From contig NW_021834802.1 in NCBI RefSeq assembly GCF_006345805.1, positions 1 through 45,561 on the forward strand: 45,561 nucleotides of DNA, given 5' to 3'. This document shows, piece by piece, positions 12,297 through 25,050 of the stretch (positions within the stretch are counted from its first letter, which is position 1; each line of letters starts with the position of its first letter). A program made the position numbers and the translations under genes. Under the pieces are notes generated by a model. That model was not told the origin of the DNA and did no database searches. It saw nothing but the letters and a program-made list of their open reading frames with translations. The DNA is from Octopus sinensis. Its lineage: Eukaryota.

Positions 12297-13336
12297 CAGG
12301 GCGGTACAAAAGTAAGACAAAAGGCTTATTTTTTAGGGTTGTGAGACGTGATGGTCAGATAACGAGAGTGAGTAGATTCTAAAGAATTACTGGAAATTTG
12401 AAAATGCAGAAACGGTGGGCCAGAAGTAGGCAGAAACTTTCCTCACTGACTCGCCGCCAAGACAATACATTTAAAAGGTAAATAGACAAATTCTAGGAGA
12501 CAGGGTCAGTAAAGAAGGCACCGAAATTCTAAATTCCTCGAGGTGATACCACTGAAGAAAATGAGTTGGGCATCTCACGAAGGTCTTCGAGTCATCTTTT
12601 AAAAAAAAAAAAAGAAAAAGAAAAAAAGCTGAACTTGAGGCCATACCGACCCAAAATTCCTGCCTCACCTATCAGAGGACGACCCAGATCATCATATGTA
12701 GTTCACAGAAGTCATACTGAAGGGAATTGATGAAAAGTTCCAATTCTTTGACAAGATTGTTTGGTCGGACGAGTCTTCCTGCAAGTTGTTACATCAATAG
12801 GTACAACTGCATTAGCGGGGGCCGATGTGTTGTGCTCAGGAGATCTTCGACCTTTCTTTCGTGAGAGCACAGTCAATGGTAACAACTACCTTCACTTTAT
12901 CCGCAAGGAGGTGGTGCCCACAGTGCAATCTTTACCCAAATTTGGTGAAGTGTTATTCCAGCAGGATGGGGCACCACCTCATTATGCAATAACTGTGTGC
13001 AATTTTCTTGATGCAACGTGGAATGGGCGACGTGGTAACACTGATTGGTCTCTTAGTTTCCCAGACTCCATACCCATAGATTTCATTTTCTAGGGTGTTG
13101 TAAAAGAAAAAGTATTCCAAAGGAAACCAGCCGCTCTGCCTCATTTGCGTGGGTTCCTTACAGACGCCTAGCAGGAAATCAATACCAACATGTCTCTGTG
13201 CATTACTCTGTGACGCAGTGTGACTGACAGAATCGAGGAATGTGTTAGTGCTGAAGGCGGACGCTTTGAACTCTTACGAGTGTGTCGTTTGCGTTGGAAT
13301 AAATGGTAAATGTCAACCTACTTTCGCACAACCCTG
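12297..13336 (+). mobile_element. Decayed Tc1/mariner element, rosa (DD41D)-like transposase
   Basis: IVWSDES...FQQDGAPPHYA...W(N)GRRG..DW...PD..PIDF..GVVKEKVF. Imperfect TIRs CAGGGCGGTACAAAAGTAAG / rc CAGGGTTGTGCGAAAGTAGG, TA on the right flank. Multiple stops and frameshifts. Confidence 0.85.
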
Positions 13337-13653
13337 TATATCATAGAATTACGCTGAAATATTTCAATATCTCATTAAAATATCCTGTCTTATGCAGTTA
13401 AATACTTCTGATATTATTCTCTAGCACTCTGAATACAAATTATGTACTTATTAAATGATAAAACTGACCCTCCGTCGGTTACGACGGGGAGTTGACCCAA
13501 GCAACAGAGCAGCCCGCTCGTGAAATATGAGATGGTCTTCATTCCAGAATAACGTACAAGATTTATTGATAAAAACAACTCAGCCACTCCGAACACTTTA
13601 GCTGAAAGGAGCGGAGAGCAATAAGGATAAAAAAACACTAGTTGGGCTTAAAG

Positions 13654-15660
13654 CGGTGGTTCTTAAGTTTGTTGGAGGTACGGAACGCTGCAAGCTTCAT
13701 CAGTGCATTCGCCGAACACTTCGTAATTGGAAAAATAAAATATGATTTCTTCAAAACATGGGTATATATTTTATTAATGCACAAAAGGAACCATGCATCA
13801 GTTGCGCACAAAATTACTGTGTTTAAAGAACAAAACCAACAAAACAGGAATTTCACACAAAAAACATCACTCAATGAATATTTACTGTAAATAAATGTGA
13901 CTTTTGCTGTTGCTTTTCAAATACAAGTTCAGAAATGCTCTGCTTCGCCTTGGCGAGTGTGCCACTCTCATATCATTTTCGCAACGAAGTCTGTTCCTTT
14001 TCTTAGTTTTCATGTCTACCATTCCCGAAAAGGATTGCTCGCAAAGATATTTTGTAAGAAACGGTGTGAATATCTCAAGGGCTTTCTTAGCAATAAGAAG
14101 TTATGGTACGATTTGGTGACCCCAAAAACGTTGAGAGCATTGTTGTTCTGAAGAGTTGCTGTGGAAATTGGCTCTGCTGAAGTTCAATGATTTCGTCAAG
14201 GTATTCATCGTTGACATTTGCTGTTGCAACACTAAATGTGAACGGCTGTCCCACCCATTCTGGATATGACTCTCTGGTGGGGAAGCATCCATCGAGAGAC
14301 TTTGCGGAGCTCATCTAAGTGCTCATCTAAGTGTTTGCTTCAGCTCCCCTGGTACAGAAATGTCTCCAATTCCAGATACGTCTTCGATCTTACTTACGCA
14401 GTCGTCCAGGGGAAAGTTTGCGAAGTTATCATTTTCATAAAGGTAGCTTTAAAAAAAAAAAGACTCCTTCAGGTTCCCTTCCACTTCTATGATGTTGACC
14501 CCACCAACCTGCATCTGTTGATTGAGATGATTGAGAGCATCGAAAATATCGGCCAAAATGAGAATAAACTCAGAATTTTCGAAGCAATCTGCGTGACAAT
14601 GTTGGTACTCTCCCCAAAAGCAGGGCTAATTCCACATGCATGGCAAAATACGATTCAGCACCTTTCCCGGGATAACCACCGAACGTTAAAATGGTACAAA
14701 AGTATCTCGAATTCAGAGTCCATCTCATTACACAGTTTGGAACCAAAATAAATAATAAAACTGTACACAAATCAAAACTAATGCTAAAATCATTATGCAG
14801 CTCTTTGAAGATGCGGTGCTTCACATCACTATTTCGTCACGTCGTCTTTCACATAGCGCACGAATACAACAAGCTGGCTTAGATTGGAAACGTCGGTGGT
14901 CTCGTCGAAGTGGAGGCTGAATTTTGCTGGGCTTGAAATCAGATCTGCAACTACTTGAGCTAAGATGTCATCGCTCATGTCGTATATTCTGTTGCTGATA
15001 GTATCATTTGAAAGAGGAATTTGGGATAACTTATCTTCAGCAGCTTTTCCCAGTATGATATTCGCCATCTTCAACGCAACTGGCTTTACGAGTGTTTCAC
15101 CAAAGGTGTGTGGTTTGCCCTGCTTTGCGATCTTCGTACGATGTTGTGAGGATCGGTTTGTCCTTGAGTACAAAGCCGAAAACAGGCAGAGTAGTCTTTT
15201 CATTGAATCTGGCTCTCTTCACCTTGAATTCAGCTAGCGTTGTGTTCTTGTATTTCCCATCTCCATGCAGCTTTAGGAAGTGTCCCATTAGTTTTGCCGG
15301 TGCTAGATTAGAATTGCTCAACTTGGCATTGCACATCATGCATTGAGGATGCTGACTCCCAACACGTTCCTTTATACACGCGAATCCATATTGTACATAT
15401 TCGTCTAACCACTTTCTCTTTTTGATGGACTTAGTATGAAGGGTTTGAAAATTTAAAAGAAAATCACAAATGAAGTACAATCACAACAGCCGCAAGTCGT
15501 CGACTGAGCACACCAAGTTCCCTGCAGCTCATATATCAAAGCCAAGCGATGTGACGTAATCAGCAGCAACCAATGATGGCTAAGGGAAGCGTGACGTCAC
15601 AAATAATACGAATGGGCTGAACGGAACGGACATACGCGCATAAACCCGGGCCGATTTTTT
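13654..15660 (-). mobile_element. Decayed hAT transposon of the Charlie/Buster (ZBED5/FAM200-like) group
   Basis: KKRKWLDEYVQYGF..PQCMMCNAKLSN..LAPAKL..H (BED finger), IAKQGKPHTFGETLVKP, IPLSNDTISNRI, FSLHFDETTDVSNLSQL, KHRIFKEL, SLDGCFPTRESYP. Terminal CGGTGGTTCTTAAG at 13654. The other TIR was not found. Confidence 0.92.
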
Positions 15661-16134
15661 TAAAGATTAATATTTGAAAATAAAATTTTATATTGTTATT
15701 GTAATTTATCTTTTAATAAACTAGTTTATCATGGAAATTTATTTTGTGGAACAATTTTTTTACTAAGCAACTAAAAATTTGTAATGTAACACGGCGAAGA
15801 AAAATTGTTGCCAAATTGTCGGCAGCCGATATCTTGACGGCCGACAAAAACAACCCGACATTGCTAGTGTTAACCGGGCTATACTGAGTGTGTCTTGACC
15901 CCTACTGATGTGTCCATCATTGAGGAGAGATAGTTTTAAAGGGTTAAAGAAGTTAATTATTAATGTTATTCTTCGCTACCTTAAATACGTTCTCAGTTAG
16001 GTGCCTATTAGATGTAAAAATACAGACACTTTCAAACTATTTGTAAGTAAGACTGTGTAAAAAATTTCCTAACAGTAGAAAGTATTAGGGACATCTCCAA
16101 ACCCAAACTTAGCATCTACCGTGTGAAAGTTCCC

Positions 16135-16345
16135 TGATAATGGTTTCAAATTTTGGCACAAGGCCATGAATTTCGAGGATGCGGAAGGTTGATTACATCG
16201 AGTCCTGTGCTCAAACGCTTAACTGGTACTTATTTTATCAACCCCAAAAGGATGAAAGGCAAAGTCGATCTCAGCAGAATTTGAACTCAGAACGTAAAGA
16301 CGGACAAAATGTCGCGAAGCTCTTTGCTCGACGTGTTAACTATTC
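16135..16345 (-). mobile_element. SINE, family A variant (tail ...GGCCTTGTGCCAAAATTTGAAAC)
   Basis: Shares the GGATGAAAGGCAAAGTCGA...GAATTTGAACTCAGAACGT core with family A. Related copy at 23012. Confidence 0.8.
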
Positions 16346-17454
16346 ACAAACTGAACTATTGTAAGATACTAAGATGTACTTGTTACTTTCCTTGCATGTA
16401 ATCTATCAACGATTTTAAGGAAATAGTATAGTTCCAGTTATAGCAATTACAAATCAGATAATGGACACATTTCAGCGTTAGTTTGGTGGTTCTCGGAAGA
16501 ATATTTCAACATTGTGCTGCGACCATTTTTGCTTACAATTTCTTTGTACGAGGGTGTGGTGGGGATTGAAAAGTATTAGATTGTTTACCTTTTAGATTTT
16601 ATTTTTAATGAGGTAAAATACCAGAAAATATTTAATCAATATATTATTAGTTGTTACTCATGGTTAAAATTATGGGTTGGCGAATATTTTTATGTACAAA
16701 AAGAAAAAAAAAAAGCCCCCCCAAAAAAACCTCAGAACATGATACACACACACACACAAAAGGCGAAAACAAACAATGTGGAAGATATTTAATCATCAGC
16801 CTCACAGAGTTAGAAATTTTTTTTCGCCTGAGACAAGGCATAGGATGTCTTCCAATCTTCTTGGTTAAATATTTCTTCTAAAGTAAAGGAAATTATTTTG
16901 TTTCTCTCAACAGAAGAGACACAGATAAATAAATAAATAAATACATAAAGGTTAAATATAACAACTCGCTCAACACTCTTGAACTATCTGACGTTAAATA
17001 AGAGATAAATGAATCTAATCACGTTTAAAACTCTCACCAATGCCTGAAGGAATCTCCATAGCGAGTTCATACGGAATCTAGAATCTTTCCCACACAGGAA
17101 TGTTCCTCATAGTTGATCTTCGCCAATATTATTCAAAGTATCTCTAGAGCAAATGCTTCTTTGTTCTCTTTAAGGCTCGGATCAGCCTTGTTGTAATTGT
17201 CTCCCATCCTCGAACAACGATTATTTCATTGTAACTATTGATCGATAGCATAATGTTTTCTCTAATATTGATCTACGCAACCTACTGAATAATTTTTCAT
17301 ATTTAAGGAGTTGTAACAATCTCGACGGATTTGGAAGGTACCGGGTATCCAGTTTAAAAAAAAATATTCCAGACCCCTAATTTTAATGTAGGTAATTTCT
17401 AAAAGATATTTCTTGAATAATTTCTATATGTTTTTTTTTGCCGTAAAAAATCAT

Positions 17455-18305
17455 ACAATTCGCTAACTCCAGCTACACAGAACTTTGCACACATGAGCAA
17501 ATGTTTTATTTTCTGTTTAAATATAAGGACAACACTTCTTAGTAGGTTATGAACGACTTGTCTGATGCCGATTTCAAAATGTCAGTAGTCGATGAAGCGT
17601 AAGAGCGTAGAAATACGTGTCCTCTGCTCAATGGTGTAGTTTTCACACACATTATTTACAAGGAGAATTTCTCTGCAGAGACAGTTTTCACAGTAGAACT
17701 TTTTAAAATTTTGAGTATAAGCAACGTATTTGATATAATCATACACATATATACAAAGGTGTGCTGAAAAGTTCTTGGTTTTAAGGGTGTTGCAAAAGGC
17801 CTGGTTGGAGACTCAACCTTCCGAGTTCTTTTATAGGGGTTAGAAAAACTGAAGGACCACTGCAATAAGTGTGTGAATCAGAGAGGGGAGTATTTTGAAT
17901 AAGATCATGATTAACTGATCCTCCTGTATTATCTTTCACCCAAAGCCAGGAACTTTTCAGTGCCCCTATGTATTTCAACCATTGCTGCTTTGCGTGTCTC
18001 TAATGAATTAATTAATTCCAGCTTCACAATGCTTTGCACACACCAGCAAATGTTTTATTTGCTGTTTAAAAACAAGAATGGCATTTCTTAGTGGGTTTTG
18101 AATGACAGATTGTGTATTTGTAGCTGCTGAAGCGCAACGATGCAAGAACACGAATCATACGCTCCGACGACTTCATTCATAACGCCGTAGTATGTTATTC
18201 ACCCACACATTATCTATAAACGAACTTCTCTCCGGACACAGTTTACGCAGTTACCACATTTGAGTGTGAACGAACGTATTCACTGTAAACATACTGATAC
18301 TGCAA
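17455..18305. repeat. Two diverged ~290-bp direct repeats (17455-17750 and 18005-18305)
   Basis: Shared blocks CTCCAGCT.CACA, CTTTGCACAC, GCAAATGTTTTATTT.CTGTTTAAA, TTCTTAGT.GGTT.TGAA, CACACATTAT, TCTCT..GA.ACAGTTT, AACGTATT. Confidence 0.75.
17754..17970 (+). mobile_element. mariner-derived MITE
   Basis: TIRs TA|CAAAGGTGTGCTGAAAAGTTCTTGGTTT and AAAGCCAGGAACTTTTCAGTGCCCCTATG|TA. Interior retains a mariner C-terminus (FYRG.EKLKDHCNKCVNQRGEYFE*). Confidence 0.85.
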
Positions 18306-18456
18306 CTAGACTGTATTTCCTAAAATCCAGTAAAAAAACAAAACAAAAAAATAAAAATAAATAAAAAGGAAAATAGCTGCCTGCATCGCGGCGTCAAAAA
18401 AGAAAAAAATTCTTCCAAAGAAGCACCAAAATTTTAATATCAAAACAAGTACAAGT

Positions 18457-18823
18457 AACTTACTAAAATAGCCATTATGTCCATCTGTCTGTCTATCTGT
18501 CTGTTCCCACTTCACGGTCAAACGGTTGGACCAATGGTCACAATATCTTTCGGGATTACGAAGGAGATAATTAGGAAGGTTTTTAGAAAAAAAAAAAAAA
18601 AAAAAGGAATGTGGAAATATATGATTATTTAGTGGATATTGAGTTTTGAATTAATAAATCACCTTTGATTTTTTTTTTTGTTAAAATTCCGGCGATGAGG
18701 ATTATCTCTGGATTTCCCCCCGTATAGTTTGTGAATTTAGAGGGTTTAGATTTCCTATACTATCCCTTTATTTCCTATCGTAGATGGGCAGATTTGCCAT
18801 CTTACTATAATGGGCGTTATGTC

Positions 18824-18856
<33 letters not shown>

Positions 18857-19945
18857 CTTTACAGTCAGATGGCTGGACCAATGGCTACGATATTTTCCGA
18901 TATTACAAAGACTGTCGTCAGAAAGGTTTTTAGCATTAAAAAAAAATCAGAAAGTATGATTATTTCGTAGATATCGATTTTTGAATTGATAGACCACCTT
19001 TGCATTTTTATTAAAAATTCATCGACCACGAGTAACTCTGGATTTTCATCGTATAGTTCGTGGCCCCATCGTAGATACGAAGGGGGTCGCGAGGACAGTT
19101 AACAGTGAAAATAAAATGGAAACAGTGTGCGTCAGTGTATAGTGTGTGTGGTTATTTAGTGGTTATTGAAGTGTGTCAGTCTCGAGCAGGATTCAGAACA
19201 GTTAATCGAAGCGGCTGTTGTCGACATCTCAGTTTTGCCAATCAAAATAACCCATGGTACCAGAACATCGAGACATTATTCAACAGTGAGAGGTAAGTCT
19301 TAGTTTGATTTTTTGCAACCCTAGAGATTCCACTCGCGCATTCACAGCAAACAAAGCACAAAACCAGACTTTATAATCGTGTAGGTGTATTTTTTACTCA
19401 CTCCGATGTTTACACAAAGCCAGTTATACGTTGCTATGAGTAGAGCAACGGACTCCAGTTATTTGAAAATTAGTGTCGACTAAACAGAAAGAAAGAAACA
19501 AAGAAGCTTTGTAATCATATTAATATTATCGAAAGGAATATGATTCATAATTTAAATAAGGAAATTTATGAACTTTGATATAAACAAGCGTAAAATAGCG
19601 TAAACAACTGTAATAGAAGTATATCTAAATAACATTTTTTTTTCTTAAAACCTTTTATGTAGTGGTCGCAGGAAGTTCTGGCTTTCGTTAGGAACGGTCC
19701 ACATAACCATTCATGATACAAGAGTCTGGAAGCCTATTTCAGTTCGGGAGTGAATCGCCATCGCATGTCGCTTAGTCACAAACACGTCATATAACTGCAA
19801 TAGAATGTTGTATCACCAACAATAATGTGATTTCTCTAAGACATCACCCAGCAATCTATCATTTACACATTTCTCAATGCATACTGCTGTTATGACTTCC
19901 CTCCTGCATTTTTATGCCTCCATCGTAGATGGGTAGATTTGCTGG
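18457..19945 (+). mobile_element. Head-to-tail tandem Helitron units (18457-18798 and 18800-19945) with a helicase relic
   Basis: 5' ends (A)ACTTACTAAAAT and A|TCTTACTATAAT followed by (CTGT)n. 3' hairpins CC(T/C)ATCGTAGATGGG at 18774 and 19919, terminal CTGG|T at 19945. Confidence 0.75.
19338..19483 (+). pseudogene. Helitron/PIF1-type helicase C-terminal fragment
   Basis: AFTANKAQNQTL, a frameshift, then NRVGVFLLTPMFTQSQLYVAMSRATD. Matches the helicase motifs FAMTINKAQGQT and HGQLYVALSR. Confidence 0.85.
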
Positions 19946-19946
19946 T

Positions 19947-20001
<55 letters not shown>

Positions 20002-20054
20002 GCAGCAGCAACAACAACAACAACAACAACAACAGCAGCAGCAGCAGCAGCAGC

Positions 20055-20105
<51 letters not shown>

Positions 20106-20113
20106 AATAATAA
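19947..20113. repeat. (CAA)n/(CAG)n trinucleotide microsatellite
   Basis: Visible tandem units. Confidence 0.97.
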
Positions 20114-21516
20114 GGGTCTTTTCCTTTTGAAAGCCAGATTTTCCTAGTTAACTAAACAATTTGAAACTTCGTATACTGGTAGAATGTGTCAAAAGAAAAC
20201 ATAATTGTAAACCAAAATGAAAACGGAATTGTAATTTCTAAGTTTAACCTTGTTTAAAAATTCGAATTTTAACCAATGATATTCTTTCTTTCGACTTCAT
20301 ATCATTTACTGCCTCTCAAAATATTGTTACTGTGACGTAAACAGCTATTTTGTGACGTAGTTAACATAGCTAAAATGTAAACAAAGCCACTTCTGGTACT
20401 TATGGTACTTATACCGAAGAGTCGCCGTCGAATGTACCAACCGTAGTATTTATAATTTTTTGGCGTAAGAAATGACGCTAGGCATTTTATCCGATGCACT
20501 ACCGATTCTGCCAGCTTTACATTATATTTTTCGTCGAAGTTTAACTATGTCACTTTGATGATATATTTTTACGTGTGGACAAATAATAGAGAGATAATGT
20601 GGATCAGATGGTATTACATGCTGACAAGGGCTTGGTAAAGGACTGTTAGAATGTTTAGGGATACGGTCCTATACGTTCGGGTTTCAACCCTCACCGGAAT
20701 TCAAAACAAGCCGTCTGTTCTTCCACGGTCGAGAAAATACATCGATCAAGTATTGGAGATCGATATAAATGATTATACCCTCCACTCACCCCAAAATATA
20801 TGCTTTGTGTCTATAATCAATATTACAAATATATTGTTATTGCTATTTAACTCAGGTCATCCTGATAAACCCGGTTGAGGATCAATGGGTTCCAACTATG
20901 ACCAACCCGTATTTTTGCGCCCCCACCCTTTTTTTCAGATATAGCATCTATGATTATATTCGCCAATGTACCCTTCCTTTAACCCAGTAGTATATGGTTT
21001 TAAGGGGATTTGGGTGTTATTCCTAGCACATCGACGAGCGAAAACGCAGAGGGGCCCTGATTATGTGCGAGTATGTGTATGGATGGGTACGTGTGTGTAT
21101 GTGGGTGCATACAAGCCAAATAACCGGTTCAAGGCGTGTGTCAAACTCAAGAATCAAAGCGTGTGCACAAGTTTATAGTAAATATATACATTGTATAGAG
21201 AAAACACCCGAAGCCTATACAAAAACACCGAATATGTGTTTATTATTCATCCAAAGTAAACAGTACGTGTGTGCTGTTTACGTCACAGTAACAATATGTT
21301 TAGACGGGGCAAATAATTTCAACTGAATACAGAGAATACGATTGGTTAAAATTCGCAGATTTAAACTACGTATAAACTCATAAAATACATTTTTGTCAAA
21401 AAAACTAGTTGAAATTATTGTTTTCTTTTGACACATTCTACCAGTATACGAAGTTTCAAATTATTTAGTTAACTAGAAAAATCTTTAAAATCTGGCTTTC
21501 AAAAAGAAAAGATCCC
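20114..21516. mobile_element. Non-autonomous DNA element with long (~230-bp) terminal inverted repeats
   Basis: 20114-20205 mirrors 21415-21516, and 20265-20345 mirrors 21273-21355. Ends GGG...CCC, embedded in (AAT)n. Confidence 0.7.
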
Positions 21517-21561
<45 letters not shown>

Positions 21562-23011
21562 TATTATTATTATTGTTATTATTATCATATTTGTTCTTTA
21601 ATCAAATCAGATAAGTCCGATAAATGAAAAATAATGTTTCAAATCAGTCCAAAAATATTTTCCGCTCATTCGTTTTGCTGATGAAGTTTTTAGAAGGGAA
21701 TGGTCAAAGCGTTTTCAATGCCCAACAAAATTTCAAGGGGTGTGCTTGCTATCACTGCACCTGTTCCTGAGATTTTTGTTTAACCACCAGATCGGGCAGA
21801 TCTATGATGAAAACCATCCCAGGGTTACTGCCAAAGACTCCATTATCTGTGTGTTAACCTTATCTAATATATCAGAGTGTGTTTTGAGGGACATTTGGCT
21901 GCTATTTCTGGCTGGTAAAGCTATCGAATGGAGCCCTCCCTTACTCCTCGTTGACTTGATACTTAAATGATTGTTGTTGTTGAACCCAAAGTCAGCCTTC
22001 ATTGAGCAGAACTACGATCAAAGACTTCTCAGCCATATTTTCAAATATACTATATTCAAACATAATGTAATGTGAACTTCTTTTTCTTTATATGATGTGA
22101 TGAAATTTGGGGGTAATTTGTTTGCTATATCTTGTAGGTTAAGCGACCACGTCGAAATTCTCTAACTGCTATTATGATTGTTTAAATCTTGGTTAGCTCT
22201 AACTGGCCAAACTTATGATATAAAGTATTCCGGCCAAGACCAGCCTGTTTTTTTTTTGTTCTTAAATCAGAACTACATTATGTAGAGTGTCTTTCATATT
22301 TTTAAAGTTAGTCGGGTGTGATTTGAGAGGGATTTGGTTGCTATTTCTAGCAGGTCGACTATGGCTTTTCACCACTGTCGTCTTATGTGCACTAATATAG
22401 GTTTGTCTCTACTGGAGATTTTGATTTCAGTTGCTCGAATGTGTGTTTTGTAAATTGTAATTCTCACTTGAAAGAGATTGCGTTTGGTATTAAGTGTTCT
22501 AGCAGATGTTGTCTAGTCTCCACCAAACCTCATAGAGTAGAACTTAAGGGTCAAAAGTTTTCCAACCTCTTTAGAACTACATTCTTTCATTTGCCTTTTG
22601 AATATGATGCGGGGAAACATTTTGCTGTTATTTTTAGTAAACCGAGTGATCACGTTGATGTTCCGGCGTTGTCATTATTTGCTATAATATCGGATAACGA
22701 CTGCGTGGAATATGAGTTGTATTAAGTTATATTGCGCGGCGATTGGGCAGAGAATACATTATATGAGTCGTGTGTGTGTGTGTGTGTGTGGTGTGTGTGT
22801 GTGTGTGTGTGTGGTGTGTGTGTGTGTGTGCGTGTGTGCGTGTGCGCGTGTATTATTTTGAATCGTAGAGCGTACATAGGAGGTGGGGCTACATTTCGGG
22901 AATATGAGTAGAGGTTGTAAGCGATGGTTAATTTTCTATTTCAACAATCTCGATCCGTGTACTTTGATAATTTTGCAGCTCTTTCATGCTGTTTCATTAA
23001 TAAAGCAAAAG

Positions 23012-23229
23012 AAGGCGGTGAACCGGCAAAAATGTTTGCACGCCGGACAAAAACACTTAGCGGCATTCCATCCGGCTCTTTACGTTCTGGGTTCAAATGC
23101 CGTCGAAGTCGAATACGTCTTTCATACTTTCCAGGTCGATAGGGATAAAGTACCAGTTGAGCACTGGGATCAATGTTATCGACTTATAACCACTCCTAAA
23201 ATTGTTGGCCTTCTGCTAAATTTTGAAAC
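23012..23229 (+). mobile_element. SINE, family A variant
   Basis: AAGGCGGTGAACCGGCAAAAATG head, GGGTTCAAATGCC B-box, tail TTGGCC...TTTGAAAC. Confidence 0.8.
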
Positions 23230-23247
23230 TTTTATTAAAGCAAAAGT

Positions 23248-23495
23248 GGAGGCGCGTGGCTTAGTGGTTAGGGTGTCAGCATCATGATCGTAAGATTGTG
23301 GTTTCGATTCCTGGACCGGGCGACGCGTTGTGTTCTTGAGCAAAACACTTCATTTCACCTTGCTACAGTCCACTCGGCTGGCAAAAATGAGTAACGCTGT
23401 GATGGACTGGCGTCCCGTCCAGCTGGAGGACACATACGCCATTGAAACCGGGAACCGGACCCATGAGCCTGACTAGGCTTTAAAAGGGCGCATTT
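23248..23495 (+). mobile_element. tRNA-headed SINE family C
   Basis: GGAGGCGCGTGGCTTAGTGGTTAG (A-box), GTTTCGATTCC (B-box), TTGAGCAAAACACTTCATTTCAC core. Homologous to 30365-30648. Confidence 0.85.
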
Positions 23496-23509
23496 ATTTT
23501 TTTTTAAGC

Positions 23510-23836
23510 AAAAGACGGACGTTACAACAGTGGCGCTGGCGGCAGCAACAGCAGTGGTCGTGGCAGCAGCAATCTCATCTCTCCAACAAACCGAAGAAGC
23601 AATCGTAAAGAACCTTACGGCGGTGTCCACCTTTCCAATCAACAGAATTAAAATTACTGATACCCACCATCACATACAAAGACGTTCCTCTAACCTCCTC
23701 GGACTTTTAAGCGAAGAAGATAGAGGCAGGTCGTGGTCAGAAAAAGAACATCAATGTCTGATCGACCGTTTACAGGGCCTACCGTTACCACCGTCAGCAG
23801 CAGCAGCAGCAGCAGCGCAGCCACCACCACCACCGC

Positions 23837-23915
<79 letters not shown>

Positions 23916-24039
23916 GAATCAACGCAGTAGTCTCTGCATATCGTGCGATTTACTAGAAATAAGATCCAGATCTCTCTCCAATCTCATCCCGACAAGACCG
24001 ACAGGTTACAATAACTGTGATAATAGGTTTCTTAATTAG
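23510..24039 (+). CDS. Uncharacterised open frame with Ala/Pro/Ser runs (possible exon)
   Basis: About 175 codons open, including non-repetitive stretches. No homology recognised. Confidence 0.2.
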
Positions 24040-24563
24040 CTTAATTTAGATTAAACATCAACTTACAGAACATATATTGAAACAACTGCCGAGGTCAACT
24101 TTGTCTTTCATCTCTTCCGAATCGTTAAAATAAAGTACTAGTCAAGTTCTGGAGTTGCTGAATAAATTTTGTTGATGTGACCCCAGAAATAAACATCTGC
24201 TAGTTGGTGATGGCGGTCCTTTTGGACATAGAGAACAAAACTAACATTTTGCAGGTGGAGAGGCTGCAGAAACAAGACTAATCGGACCAAGGTATGGCGT
24301 TATTAATCCAAACGGAACAAGAAAGTATAAAGTTCATCCTGGATCTGATCAATCTGTTAGATGACGAAACTGTACCTGGCCGTTGAGGGTAGGAAGGCAA
24401 AGTGTTATTTGTGTGTGGACACAAACCATCCTCAAGGCTTCCTGTCTTCATAAAAGGATGAGAAAAAGACCAACCACCGCAACAACAACAACACCAGCAG
24501 TAGCCGTGCTGCCAACAATGACAGCAACTGCAATACTAAAATTGGGAGCTGCAATAATATCAC

Positions 24564-24619
<56 letters not shown>

Positions 24620-25002
24620 ATTCAAGAATTTGGACCTAGAGATCTCCATTTCCAGCGACTTCGAGAGCCACCTCCCAGTGGTGTCAGGCGTCAACGAAGA
24701 GCCCTCGACCTACAGCAAGATGACCAAAGTTTTTTTTCTCCAAGGTCTGGGGTCTCCCGCCCCTAAACCCTAGACCATCACCTAATCACCCTTACCCACC
24801 GTCTTGTTGCTTAACAACAACAACAACAACAATATCAGCAGCAGTAGTAGTAGCATCAACTGTAGCAGAGATAGGAGTAGCATCAGCAACAATAACACAA
24901 ACGACAATAACAGTGGAAACAAGAACATCCAAAAGAGCAAAAGAAACACTACTTCACCACCAACAGCAACTGAAAGCTGCTCCACCTCATAAAACAACAC
25001 AC

Positions 25003-25050
<48 letters not shown>

